DNA of 64,000 bases, taken from positions 10,162 to 74,161 of the forward strand of contig NZ_JBKBPN010000008.1 in assembly GCF_046293095.1 (NCBI RefSeq), in the 5' to 3' direction. Below are positions 18,555 through 31,659 of this stretch, piece by piece. Positions within the stretch are counted from its first letter, which is position 1; every line of letters begins with the position of its first letter. This DNA comes from Thermomonas sp. Lineage in GTDB: Bacteria; Pseudomonadota; Gammaproteobacteria; Xanthomonadales; Xanthomonadaceae. The position numbers were made by a program, and so were the translations under genes. The notes below the pieces were generated by a model, which saw only the letters and a list, made by a program, of their open reading frames with translations, made no database searches and had not been told where the DNA came from.

Positions 18555-21500
18555 ATGAAGGAACATCACCTCGAAGACGCCTGCCTGGAGTGGCTGGCCA
18601 ACACGGGCTGGGCCATCGCCGAGGGCGAGGCAGTTGCGCCAGGTGGCGAGCTGGGCGTGCGCGATCGCTGGTCAGACGTGGTGCTGGCGCCGCGGCTCCG
18701 CGAAGCCACCATCCGCCTCAATCCCAAACTCCCGGCATCCGATGTGGACGCTGTGGTTATGAAGATCGCCGGCTATGGGCACCAGTCCCTGGTCGACGGC
18801 AACCGAGAGCTCTACGATTGGCTGCGTAACGGCGTGCCCCTTGAGTGCAATGCCAGCGACGGCCGACGCGAGGTGCTGCGCGTCCCGGTGATCGACCCTG
18901 ATGACCACAACGACCTGCTAGCCGTGCGCCAGTTCACAGTGCAGGGCGCGAAGCTGCGACGGCCGGACATCGTGCTGTTCGTCAACGGCTTGCCGCTCGT
19001 GGTGGTCGAGCTGAAGAACCCGGCCGATCTCAACGCGGACTTTGAGTCCGCCTGGAACCAGATCCAGAACTACAAGTCCGAGATTCCGCAGCTGTTCTGG
19101 TTCAACCTGCTCAATGTCGTTTCCGACGGCACGGTGGCGCGCTACGGTTCGCTCAGTGCCGATCTGTCGCGCTACTCGCGCTGGCGGCTGTTGGGCGGTA
19201 AGAAGGTCCGCGACGGGCAGCTGGAGCTGGAAGTACTCATGCGCGGCCTGCTCAACCCGGCGACGCTGCTGGACTTCTTCCGAGGCTTCGTTGCTTATGC
19301 CGGGGCCGACGGTGGCGCCAGCTTCAAGATCATCGCCCAGTGGCACCAGTATCACGGGGTGAAGAAGTCAGTCGAGCGCGCGGTCGAAGCGCTAACCCAG
19401 CGCAAGGACGGCAAGGGCGGCGTGATCTGGTTCACCCAGGGCTCGGGCAAGTCGCTGCTGGCCCTGTTCTATGTTATGGCACTTCGCGATCGGCAGGAGT
19501 TCCGCAATCCCACGGTGGTGCTGGTTACCGACCGCAACGACTTGGACGGCCAGCTCTACGAAACATTCTCCGATAGCGCCTGGTCGCTGCGCGCCACGCC
19601 CACCCAGGCCGACAGTCGCGAGGATCTGCGCCGGATGCTGTCGGAGGTGCAGGCCGGCGGAGTGTTCTTCACCACCATCAACAAGTTTGCGCCCGAGCCA
19701 GGCCTGACCTCGGTGCCGGTACTGTGCGAGCGCGACAACGTGGTGGTGATCGCCGACGAAGCACAGCGCACCCAGTATGGCTTTCGCGCCGACCTGGACA
19801 CAAGGACTGGCAAAACCAAGTACGGCTTGGCCAAGTACATGCGCGATGCCCTGCCGAATGCAATCTACCTGGGCATGACCGGCACGCCTGTGAGCTTGGA
19901 CGACCGCGACACCGAGGCCGTCTTCGGCAGCTACGTCGACGTCTACGACATGATCGCCGCACAGGAAGACGAGGCGGTGGTGCCGGTCAGCTACGAGTCT
20001 CGGATCATCGAGCTGCGCTTCAACGAGGCCGAGAAGCAGGCGCTGATGCACGAGTTCCTCGACGCTACCGGCGACGAGGACGAGGCCGAACAGAATCGCA
20101 CTGCCAGCCGCTACACCCGACTGGAGGCATTGGCCATGGCCGACGGGCGGATGGCGACCCTGGCCGAAGACCTTGTGGCTCACTGGGAAGCACGCAAGGA
20201 GTCGGTGGCCGGCAAGGCGATGATCGTGGCCGTTTCGCGCGAGGCCGCGGTTCGGCTGTATGACGAGATCGTGAAGTTGCGCCCGGACTGGCATGCGGAC
20301 GACATCAACTCCGGTCGGATCAAGGTCGTCATGACCGGCAGCTCCGCCGATCCTCCGCACTTCCACCCGCACCGCACCGACAAGGCCGATCGCAAGCTGC
20401 TGGAGAAGCGCTTCAAACAGTCACCCGACGAGCTGAAGCCGCACGAGACGCCGCTGGAGGTGGTGATCGTGCGCGACATGTGGCTGACTGGCTTCGATGC
20501 CCCGCCCGTGCACACCCTGTACGTGGACAAGCCCATGCAGGGCCACGGCCTGATGCAGGCCATTGCCCGCACCAACCGCATCTGGATGGATAAGCCTGGC
20601 GGCCTGGTTGTCGACTACATCGGAATTGGCGAGGAACTGAAGAAGGCCATCCGCCAATACACACGCGACAGCGGTGCAGAGCGCGAGCCGGTGGACACCT
20701 CCGGCGCGGCGCTATGCATCTTGCTCGATACCCTGGACGTGGTTCGCAAGGAGTTCTTCCCAAGCTTCGACTGCAGCGGATTCGAAGATCCGAAGCGCGC
20801 CCTCGCGCTGCTGGCGCCAGCGATGGAGCACATCCTCAAGCTGGACCCAGAACCCGACGATAAGGGTCGCAACCGTGGCGTGCGCTCGTACCTCGACCAG
20901 GTCGCAAAGCTGACCAAGGCGCAGGCACTGGCCGGCACCCGGCCCGAGGCGATGGCGGTGCGCGAAGAGATCGCCTTCTTCCAGGCGGTCCGCGTGAGCC
21001 TCATCAAGCTAACCCGTTCGGCCGGCGGCCTGTCGCGACTGGAAAAGGAGGCCGCGCTGCGCCAGCTCGTGGCTCGGGGCGTGCTGGTGGAAGGCGTCAA
21101 CGACCTCTACGGCACGCTCGGCCTGGACAAGCCGGACATCAGTCTGCTGGACGAACGCTTCCTAGCCCAGATCCGCGAGATGCCGACGAAGAACCTAGCG
21201 GCCGAACTGCTGGAACGCCTGTTAGCCGACCAGATCCGGTCGCGCGGGCAAAGGAACGCACTGCAGGGCAAGGAATTCGCCACCCGGCTGGAGGAAGCGA
21301 TCAACCGCTACCAGAACCGAGGCCTGACCACGGTCGAAGTGATCGAAGAGCTGATCCGGCTGGCTCGGGAGATCAACGAGGCTCGCCCGCCGGACGGCAT
21401 GAGCGAGGAAGAGTTCGCCTTCTACCAGGCATTGGCAGAGAACGAATCTGCCGTGCGTGAGCTCGGCCATCCCGTGTTGCGCGCGCTGGCGCAGGAGTTG

Positions 21501-21683
21501 ACCGACAAGCTACGTAAGTCGGCGACGATCAACTGGCAGAACCGTAAGGACTCGCGCGCGAAGATGGTTGCGATGGTGAAGGTGCTGCTGGCCACACACC
21601 GGTATCCACCGGACAAGCAGCCGGAGGCGATTGAGAAGGTCATAGCGCAAGCGGAGCTGTTGGCGGATGTATGGGCGGTGTAG
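18555..21683 (+). CDS. hsdR: type I restriction enzyme R subunit
   Basis: N-terminal nuclease region (DIVLFVNGLPLVVVELK), helicase motif I FTQGSGKS, DEAD-like IADEAQR and the HsdR C-terminal domain. Start at the ATG at 18555 (MKEHHLEDACLEWL). No hsdM or hsdS is present anywhere in the window. Confidence 0.9.
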   Translation: MKEHHLEDACLEWLANTGWAIAEGEAVAPGGELGVRDRWSDVVLAPRLREATIRLNPKLPASDVDAVVMKIAGYGHQSLVDGNRELYDWLRNGVPLECNASDGRREVLRVPVIDPDDHNDLLAVRQFTVQGAKLRRPDIVLFVNGLPLVVVELKNPADLNADFESAWNQIQNYKSEIPQLFWFNLLNVVSDGTVARYGSLSADLSRYSRWRLLGGKKVRDGQLELEVLMRGLLNPATLLDFFRGFVAYAGADGGASFKIIAQWHQYHGVKKSVERAVEALTQRKDGKGGVIWFTQGSGKSLLALFYVMALRDRQEFRNPTVVLVTDRNDLDGQLYETFSDSAWSLRATPTQADSREDLRRMLSEVQAGGVFFTTINKFAPEPGLTSVPVLCERDNVVVIADEAQRTQYGFRADLDTRTGKTKYGLAKYMRDALPNAIYLGMTGTPVSLDDRDTEAVFGSYVDVYDMIAAQEDEAVVPVSYESRIIELRFNEAEKQALMHEFLDATGDEDEAEQNRTASRYTRLEALAMADGRMATLAEDLVAHWEARKESVAGKAMIVAVSREAAVRLYDEIVKLRPDWHADDINSGRIKVVMTGSSADPPHFHPHRTDKADRKLLEKRFKQSPDELKPHETPLEVVIVRDMWLTGFDAPPVHTLYVDKPMQGHGLMQAIARTNRIWMDKPGGLVVDYIGIGEELKKAIRQYTRDSGAEREPVDTSGAALCILLDTLDVVRKEFFPSFDCSGFEDPKRALALLAPAMEHILKLDPEPDDKGRNRGVRSYLDQVAKLTKAQALAGTRPEAMAVREEIAFFQAVRVSLIKLTRSAGGLSRLEKEAALRQLVARGVLVEGVNDLYGTLGLDKPDISLLDERFLAQIREMPTKNLAAELLERLLADQIRSRGQRNALQGKEFATRLEEAINRYQNRGLTTVEVIEELIRLAREINEARPPDGMSEEEFAFYQALAENESAVRELGHPVLRALAQELTDKLRKSATINWQNRKDSRAKMVAMVKVLLATHRYPPDKQPEAIEKVIAQAELLADVWAV

Positions 21684-21702
21684 TGCCAATGCAGGAGCGG
21701 CT

Positions 21703-21722
21703 GCTTTCGACCCAAAGCGGAC
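21703..21722 (+). repeat. 20-mer junction repeat, copy 1 (GCTTTCGACCCAAAGCGGAC)
   Basis: 19/20 identity to 57882-57901 and 18/20 identity to 60576-60595, all in the same orientation. Confidence 0.8.
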
Positions 21723-21805
21723 TCTCACCGGACTTTATTAGCTCTTTCTCAACGGACCGCGAGGCTCCGATGCATGGCCCGTTGATGGGCCAGGATCCTC
21801 GATAA

Positions 21806-22039
21806 TCAGTTCGACGTTGCATACACCAACCTGCTCCAGCAGGACATGGGCAAGCGTGGATCGCACCACGTGACCGCTCCATGATCCTCGGTAGCGATGT
21901 GAGTTTGGTCCAGACCGTGGCCCAACTCATGCAGCTCACCGATAGCCGCCAGAGTCGGTTGCAACACGAGCGCCAACATCAGGCTGACGATGGTCAGCCA
22001 GTGCAGAAGCTTGCGGCGGTGGCGGGCGGCTGGCGTCAT
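21806..22039 (-). CDS. small CopL/CzcI-like protein, probably truncated or degenerate
   Basis: The first ~40 aa (LMLALVLQPTLAAIGELHELGHG) parallel the 119-aa protein at 24400-24759 (LALSVVLQPVLGSVSELHELSHG). The Cys/His cluster and the RPP tail are lost. ATGA overlap with the upstream CDF gene. Confidence 0.45.
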   Translation of the reverse strand: MTPAARHRRKLLHWLTIVSLMLALVLQPTLAAIGELHELGHGLDQTHIATEDHGAVTWCDPRLPMSCWSRLVYATSN

Positions 22040-22650
22040 TTGCTGGACTTGGACTCTGAACGCGCATTGCGCGCGTCCGACAGGATCTCAAGAGCTTCCT
22101 TAATTACGTACAGGCCGATAAGGGTACCAATCACGTAATCGGGATACGGTGAGGCCAGCACGAGGACCAGGATGCCGGCCACGATGACGCCGACGTTCGC
22201 GACCACGTCGGCGCGGGTGAAGATCCAGGTGGCACGCAGGTGGACTTCGCCGGACTTCAAGGGTGCCAGCAGCCGCAGGACGGTCAGATTGACAACCAGC
22301 GACAGGCACGCAGTGCCGATCATCCAGCCGCTGAGCGGCTCGGCGCCCTGGAATACGCGGCGGCCGACTTCCAGCAGCAGCCCCAGACCTAGCATCAGCA
22401 GCACGCTGCCGCTGAGCCATGCGGCATTCGCTTTGAAACGGGCACCGCGCCCAATGGCCACGAGACCAATTGCGTAGGCCGTTGCATCCGACAACATGTC
22501 CAGCGCATCGGCGAGGAGGCCGGTCGACTGGCCCATCCAGCCCGCCACGCCGCCGATCACCGCCATGGCTGCGTTGAGCACCAGCGCGATGGTTAGGATC
22601 CGGCGTTCTTGCGCACTCTTCGCTTCGTGGTGGCAGCCGCAGTCGCTCAT
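22036..22650 (-). CDS. cation diffusion facilitator transporter (short CzcD-like form)
   Basis: 204 aa with N-terminal MSDCGCHHE and the TM2 motif LLADALDMLSDA, which is typical of CDF proteins. It is about 85% identical by eye to the paralogue at 23786-24403. Confidence 0.85.
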   Translation of the reverse strand: MSDCGCHHEAKSAQERRILTIALVLNAAMAVIGGVAGWMGQSTGLLADALDMLSDATAYAIGLVAIGRGARFKANAAWLSGSVLLMLGLGLLLEVGRRVFQGAEPLSGWMIGTACLSLVVNLTVLRLLAPLKSGEVHLRATWIFTRADVVANVGVIVAGILVLVLASPYPDYVIGTLIGLYVIKEALEILSDARNARSESKSSK

Positions 22651-22676
22651 CGTTGTCCGGGGTTGGCTCGGACTAC

Positions 22677-22707
22677 ATACTAAAGTCCGTAGCCACTACA
22701 GGGTCAA
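22677..22707 (-). promoter_or_regulatory. MerR-type promoter with 19-bp spacer (drives the CDF gene)
   Basis: The minus strand reads TTGACC-CTGTAGTGGCTACGGACTT-TAGTAT. The 19-bp spacer contains a CTGTAG/CTACGG dyad, the hallmark of MerR/ZntR/CadR operators. Confidence 0.7.
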
Positions 22708-22709
22708 CC

Positions 22710-23111
22710 ATGAAGATCGGGGAAGTGTCCGCCTCCAGCGGCTGCCACATCGAAACAATCCGCTACTACGAGCGGATCGGCCTGATGACCGCACCCGACC
22801 GAACGGCGAGCGGGTATCGGCAATATCGCGACGCCGACATTGATCGCCTCCGCTTCATAACGCGCGGCCGTGCGCTCGGCTTCAGCCTCGAAGAGTTGAA
22901 GAGCCTGCTGCGGCTAGCGGAGGAATCCCAGCTTTCATGCAGCGATGTGGATCGCTTGGCACGGATCCATCTCGTGGATATCCAACGGCGTCTCGCCGAT
23001 TTGCAGCGCATGGAACGCGAGCTTCAGCGCACGATCGAAAGCTGCAGCGGGCGGGAGCGTGCAAGCTGCAGCATTCTTGGTGCTTTGAAGGCCGACACAT
23101 CCAGTATGTAA
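22710..23111 (+). CDS. MerR-family heavy-metal-responsive regulator (CadR/ZntR/PbrR-like)
   Basis: HTH MKIGEVSASSGCHIETIRYYERIGL and C-terminal Cys residues (ESCSGRERASCSILG). It is divergent from the CDF gene. Confidence 0.85.
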   Translation: MKIGEVSASSGCHIETIRYYERIGLMTAPDRTASGYRQYRDADIDRLRFITRGRALGFSLEELKSLLRLAEESQLSCSDVDRLARIHLVDIQRRLADLQRMERELQRTIESCSGRERASCSILGALKADTSSM

Positions 23112-23263
23112 CGCAATGTGCGATGTCCGCTTCTGGCCGCATGCGGACGTTGCCCGGGGAGGGCAGGGCGGCGGATAAGGGGCCGTTATCGTGGCTAGCA
23201 GCCGACAAGTTCGCCTGCGCTGCGTGTTTTTGCGTCCGGCGGCCTCCAGATACCGTTCGAGGC

Positions 23264-23695
23264 TCATGAGCGGCACCCCGGTTCCGGACATGAAACCTGG
23301 GCGCTGCCCGGCCGGCGCAGTGCCCCCAGGATGGTGCACGTTCCGCGCTCGCCGCCGGCGCAGTCGGCAATGACCCGTTCCAGTTCCGACGCCATACGCT
23401 GCAACTCTGCGATGCGCCCCTGGATATCGGCCAGATGGGTGCGGGCCATGGCGTCGACGTCGCGGCACGACATGGTGGGGTCGTCGTCCAGGCGCAGCAG
23501 GCTGCGGATCTCCTCCAGGCTGAAGCCCAGCTCGCGCCCTCGGCTGATGAAGCGCAGCCGGTCGACATCGGCGGGGGTGTAGGAGCGATAGCCGCTGTGC
23601 GTGCGCTTGGGCGGCGACACCAGGCCCGAGCGCTCGTAGTAGCGGATGGTCTCCAGGTGGCAGCCACTGGCGGCGGCCGCTTCGCTGATCTTCAC
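23264..23695 (-). CDS. MerR-family heavy-metal-responsive regulator, second copy
   Basis: (V)KISEAAAASGCHLETIRYYERSGL ... CAGGERGTCTILG. GTG start at 23693-23695. The rest of the 396-aa track ORF is an antisense artefact over the CDF gene. Confidence 0.8.
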   Translation of the reverse strand: MKISEAAAASGCHLETIRYYERSGLVSPPKRTHSGYRSYTPADVDRLRFISRGRELGFSLEEIRSLLRLDDDPTMSCRDVDAMARTHLADIQGRIAELQRMASELERVIADCAGGERGTCTILGALRRPGSAQVSCPEPGCRS

Positions 23696-23699
23696 GTGC

Positions 23700-23730
23700 T
23701 TGACTCCGTAGCTACTACAGACTTTATCCT
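23700..23730 (+). promoter_or_regulatory. MerR-type promoter with 19-bp spacer (drives the second CDF gene and probably czc)
   Basis: TTGACT-CCGTAGCTACTACAGACTT-TATCCT, with a dyad within the 19-bp spacer. Confidence 0.7.
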
Positions 23731-23785
23731 TCGCCGCATTCCGCCGCCACCCTGGCCGGGTGGCATCTGTTCGACGAGGACCCCG

Positions 23786-24403
23786 ATGAGCGATTGCGGC
23801 TGCCACCATGAGGCAAAGAACGCACAGGAGCGGCGCGTACTGCGCATCGCCCTGGTGCTCAACGCCGCCATGGCGGTGATCGGCGGCCTTGCCGGCTGGA
23901 TCGCCCAGTCGACCGGCCTGCTGGCCGACGCCCTGGACATGCTGTCCGACGCCACCGCCTACGCGATCGGCCTGGTGGCCATTGGGCGCACCGCCCGCTT
24001 CAAGGCGAACGCGGCTTGGCTCAGTGGCAGCGTGCTGCTCGTGCTCGGTATCGGCGTGCTGGTGGAGGTGGGCCGGCGCGTCGTCTATGGCGCCGAGCCG
24101 CTCAGCGGCTGGATGATCGGCACCGCGCTGCTGTCGCTTGCGGTCAACGTCACCGTCCTGCGCCTGCTTGCCCCGCTGAAGGCGGGCGAGGTCCACCTGC
24201 GTGCCACCTGGCTGTTCACCCGCGCCGACGTGGTGGCCAACATCGGCGTCATCCTGGCCGGTGTATTGGTACTCTGGCTCGCCACCCCGTACCCGGATTA
24301 CGTCATCGGCACCCTGATCGGCCTGTACGTGATCAAGGAAGCCATCGAGATCCTCGGCGATGCCCGCCGTGCCCGCGCCGAATCGAAATCGCCCTCTGCA
24401 TGA
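23786..24403 (+). CDS. cation diffusion facilitator transporter (short CzcD-like form), second copy
   Basis: MSDCGCHHEAKNAQERRVL..., a paralogue of 22036-22650. ATGA overlap with the next small gene. Confidence 0.85.
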   Translation: MSDCGCHHEAKNAQERRVLRIALVLNAAMAVIGGLAGWIAQSTGLLADALDMLSDATAYAIGLVAIGRTARFKANAAWLSGSVLLVLGIGVLVEVGRRVVYGAEPLSGWMIGTALLSLAVNVTVLRLLAPLKAGEVHLRATWLFTRADVVANIGVILAGVLVLWLATPYPDYVIGTLIGLYVIKEAIEILGDARRARAESKSPSA

Positions 24404-24759
24404 CCTCGCGCCGTCCCCCGCTGTCCCTCTGTCGCTGGCTGATGCTGGCGGCATTGGCGTTGAGCGTGGTCCTGCAGCCGGTGCTGGGCTCGGTGAGCGA
24501 ATTGCACGAGCTGTCGCACGGCGCCGCGAGCGTGCACGACATCAGCGAAACCGGAGCGCCCGATGAAGAGGGCAATGCCGCCGGCACGCTGCACGTCATG
24601 CACCACTTGGCTCACTGCTGCGGGCATGTGGTGCCTACACCCGCTGCACCGCTGGTGCTGCCCCGGATCAGTCACAGCGAACCCACGAACCTGACGGACT
24701 CGCGCCTTGTGCCTAGCGGGCGATGGCTCGCCCCCTTCCGACCTCCGATCTCGGCCTGA
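24400..24759 (+). CDS. small CopL/CzcI-like Cys/His protein preceding czcCBA
   Basis: 119 aa with a signal/TM segment, a HHLAHCCGH cluster and the C-terminal PFRPPISA motif shared with CopL (LLRPPIG). It is in frame with the 3' part of track ORF 24016-24759. Confidence 0.6.
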   Translation: MTSRRPPLSLCRWLMLAALALSVVLQPVLGSVSELHELSHGAASVHDISETGAPDEEGNAAGTLHVMHHLAHCCGHVVPTPAAPLVLPRISHSEPTNLTDSRLVPSGRWLAPFRPPISA

Positions 24760-24799
24760 CGCCCCACCGGCGCTGGCCCTTTCCGATTGGAGTGTTTCC

Positions 24800-26073
24800 A
24801 TGTCTGTGCGACTTGCGGCGTTCGCCGCACTGGTCGCCGTGTCCGCCATTGCATGGCCGGCGAACGCGGCTGATCGACTCTCCCTGGACGACGCATTTGC
24901 GCGCGTCGCCGAATCCCATCCCGATCTGCGCCTGCTCGGGGCGCGACACAACGTGCTCGCCGCCGAACTGGGCCGCGCAACCCTGCGCCCCCCACTGGTC
25001 GCCGGCGCCAGCGTCGAGAACGCTTTCGGCACCGGCGAGGCGAGTGGCCTGAGCGGCGCGGAGCTGACCCTGACCCTGGCGTCGGTGCTGGAGCGTGGCG
25101 GCAAGCTCGATGCGCGTCGCACGCTGGCGCAAAGTCGCATCGATGCCCTGGCGGTCGAGCGCGAGGCCCGGCGCCTCGACCTGCTGGCGGAAGTCGCGCG
25201 TCGCTACTTGGCGATGGTCGCCGCGCAACGCCAGCGCGAGATCGCCGAGCTCGACATTGCCCAGCGGCAACGTACCGTCGCCGGAGCGCGGCAACGGCTG
25301 CAGGCCGGCGCTTCGCCCGAGTCGGTCGTGCTGACCGCGCAGGCGGCCCTGGCCCGAGCGGAGTTGGATCGTGCCCGTGCCGAGCAACGCCATGCGGCGG
25401 CGCGGCAGCACCTGGCCGCCCTGTGGGGCGAGCGATCACCCACCTTCGACGCGGTGGCTGGCGACCCGACGGTCCTGCCCGAGGTGCCTGCGTTTGCCAC
25501 CCTGGCGAGCTTGCTGGAACAGACGCCCGAGCTTGCGCAGTTCGTCGGTGAGCGCCGTATCCGTGAGGCGCGCCTGCAACTCGCGCGTGCCGATGCCAAG
25601 GCGGATCTGGATTGGGAAGTCGGCATCCGCAGGTTGCAGTCAACAGACGACTTGGCCCTCGTGGGCAGTGTGTCGATGCCGCTGGGCGCGAGTCGCCGCG
25701 CGCAGCCGGAGATCCGCGTGGCCGAGGCCGAACTCACCGCGCTGGAGATCGAACGCGAGTCCAAGGGGCTGTCGCTGTATTCGACACTGGCCGAAGCGCA
25801 CGGGCGCTACCTCACGGCGCAGGTGGAGCTGGATCGGCTGCGCACCGACGTGATGCCCAAGCTCGCCAGGGCCGAAGCGGCGGCCGAGCGCGCCTACCGC
25901 GCCGGGGCCATCAGCTACCTGGAATGGGCGCAGTTGCAGTCCGAACGCACCGCCGCGCGCAAACAACAACTCGACGCCGCGTTTGAAGCCCAGCGCGCCC
26001 TTATCGAAATCCAACGCCTGACCGGAGCGCCTTTCGTGGCGGCACCGACACGGGCGACGCAAGGAGACACCCC

Positions 26074-26077
<4 letters not shown>
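24800..26077 (+). CDS. czcC: heavy-metal RND outer-membrane factor (TolC family)
   Basis: Signal peptide MSVRLAAFAALVAVSAIAWPANA and two TolC-type helical repeats. 4-nt overlap with czcB. Confidence 0.85.
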
Positions 26078-30232
<4,155 letters not shown>

Positions 30233-30274
30233 TCGAAACTTCATGCAGGCTGCGGCCACTTAGGAGCACAAGAC

Positions 30275-30433
30275 ATGGGTGCAGGACACGATCACGGGCT
30301 GGGCGAAGTCCAGCATGAGAAACCGTTGTGGTGGGCCTTCGGACTCACCGCCGCCTTCCTGGTCGCCGAGGTGGTGGGTGGCCTCGTCACCAACAGCTTG
30401 GCGCTGCTGTCCGACGCGGCTCACATGGCCACC
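30275..30433 (+). pseudogene. czcD: czcD-type CDF gene truncated after ~53 codons by IS insertion
   Basis: MGAGHDHG...LVAEVVGGLVTNSLALLSDAAHMAT matches the CzcD N-terminus and TM1-TM2. The reading frame then runs into the IS terminal repeat. Confidence 0.8.
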
Positions 30434-30497
30434 GAGGGTTCACCCCCGTTTTCACGGACACTTACGAGAAGGCCGATCGAGGCCATGAGGAGTGTTC

Positions 30498-30785
30498 ATG
30501 TCGAAGCGAAGGAAGTTCAGTGCAGAGTTCAAGCGTGGCGCGGTTGAGCAGGCGAGCCAGCCGGGCGTCAGCTGCGCTCAGGTGGCACGGGAGCTGGGGA
30601 TCCGGGACACGCTGCTGACCCGCTGGAAGCGAGAGGCCCAGAGCCAAGGCAAGGTGGCCTTCGGCGGCACCGGCTCGCCCCGGGATGAGGAACTCGCCCG
30701 CCTGAAGCGCGAGCTGGCCCGGGTGAAGAAGGAGCGGGATTTTTTAAGAGAAGCGGCGACGTTCTTTGCCAAGGGATCGTCCTGA
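30498..30785 (+). CDS. IS3-family transposase OrfA
   Basis: [18 protein letters not shown]... HTH followed by a leucine-zipper-like region ([19 protein letters not shown]). A T-rich slippery stretch (GATTTTTTAAG) lies near its 3' end. Confidence 0.85.
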   Translation: MSKRRKFSAEFKRGAVEQASQPGVSCAQVARELGIRDTLLTRWKREAQSQGKVAFGGTGSPRDEELARLKRELARVKKERDFLREAATFFAKGSS

Positions 30786-30832
30786 GGTATCAGGCGATCG
30801 AACGTTGCCGCGATGAGTTCCCGGTTCGGCTG

Positions 30833-31653
30833 ATGTGCCGCTGCCTGCGGGTCTCGGCCAGTGGTTACTACGACTGGAGCAAGCGCCTGCCAAGCACCCG
30901 CCAGCTCGACAACGAGCGCTTGCTCGACCGCATCCGTGAGCTGCATGAAGACAGCCGGGGCACGCTGGGCGCCGGTCGGATGCAGGAAGATCTGGCCGAT
31001 GCCGGCGAACCCGTCAGCCTGAACCGGGTGGCGCGCCTGATGGCTGAAGATGGCCTGGAGGGCTGGCCGCGGCCGAAGCGGCGTGGGCAGCGTGGCCGGC
31101 CCGCGCTGACGCCGCCGGGCGTGCGCAACCTGCTGGAACGGGACTTCACTGCGCTGGAGCCGGAGACCAAGTGGGTCACCGACATCACCGAACTCAAGAC
31201 CGGCAGGGCAAGCTGTGCCTGTGCATCGTGCTGGACCTGTTCGACCAGCGCGTGGTGGGCTGGTCGATGCACCATCGGCAGGATCGGCAGATGGTGATCC
31301 GGGCCGTGCAGATGGCGGTCTGGCAGCGTCAGGGCAGCGACCCGGTGATCCTGCATTCCGATCGCGGCAGCCAGTTCCGGAGCGGCGACTACCAGCGTTA
31401 CCTGGCGGCCAACGAACTGGTGTGCTCGATGAGCGCGGTGGGCCATTGCGGTGACAACGCGGCGTGCGAAGGCTTCTTCGGCCTGCTCGAGCGCGAGCGG
31501 GTCCACCGCATGACGTATCCGACACCCGATGCCGCCAGGGCTGATGTGTTCGAATACATCGAGCGGTTCCACAACCCGAGGATGCGGCGCAGGGTGGCCA
31601 GGAAAGACCGGAAGCTGTCAGCTCTTTTACAACCGTCCGTGATTTCGGGGTAG
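30833..31653 (+). pseudogene. IS3-family transposase OrfB (DDE), interrupted by an extra frameshift
   Basis: The two track ORFs (30833-31297 and 31171-31653) together give [11 protein letters not shown] / [22 protein letters not shown] ... HSDRGSQF ... The frame changes at ~31202-31204, consistent with a 1-nt deletion. This is separate from the normal orfA/orfB programmed shift. Confidence 0.7.
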
Positions 31654-31659
31654 AACCCC

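Larger units (their letters stand above)
30435..31659 (+). mobile_element. IS3-family insertion sequence (~1.2 kb)
   Basis: Terminal inverted repeats are GGGTTCACCCCCGTTTTCACGGAC (left, from 30436) and GGGTTCTACCCCGAAATCACGGAC (reverse complement of the right end at ~31658). It has an orfA/orfB organisation, and the orfB stop lies inside the right IR. Boundaries are good to +/-3 nt. Confidence 0.85.

Noticed and set aside
23264-24454. A 396-aa minus-strand ORF and the 247-aa plus-strand ORF at 24016-24759, considered as single genes.
   Set aside because: Only the 3' 143 codons of the first (a MerR-like regulator) and the 3' 119 codons of the second (a CopL-like protein) look coding. The remainder overlaps the CDF gene in other frames.
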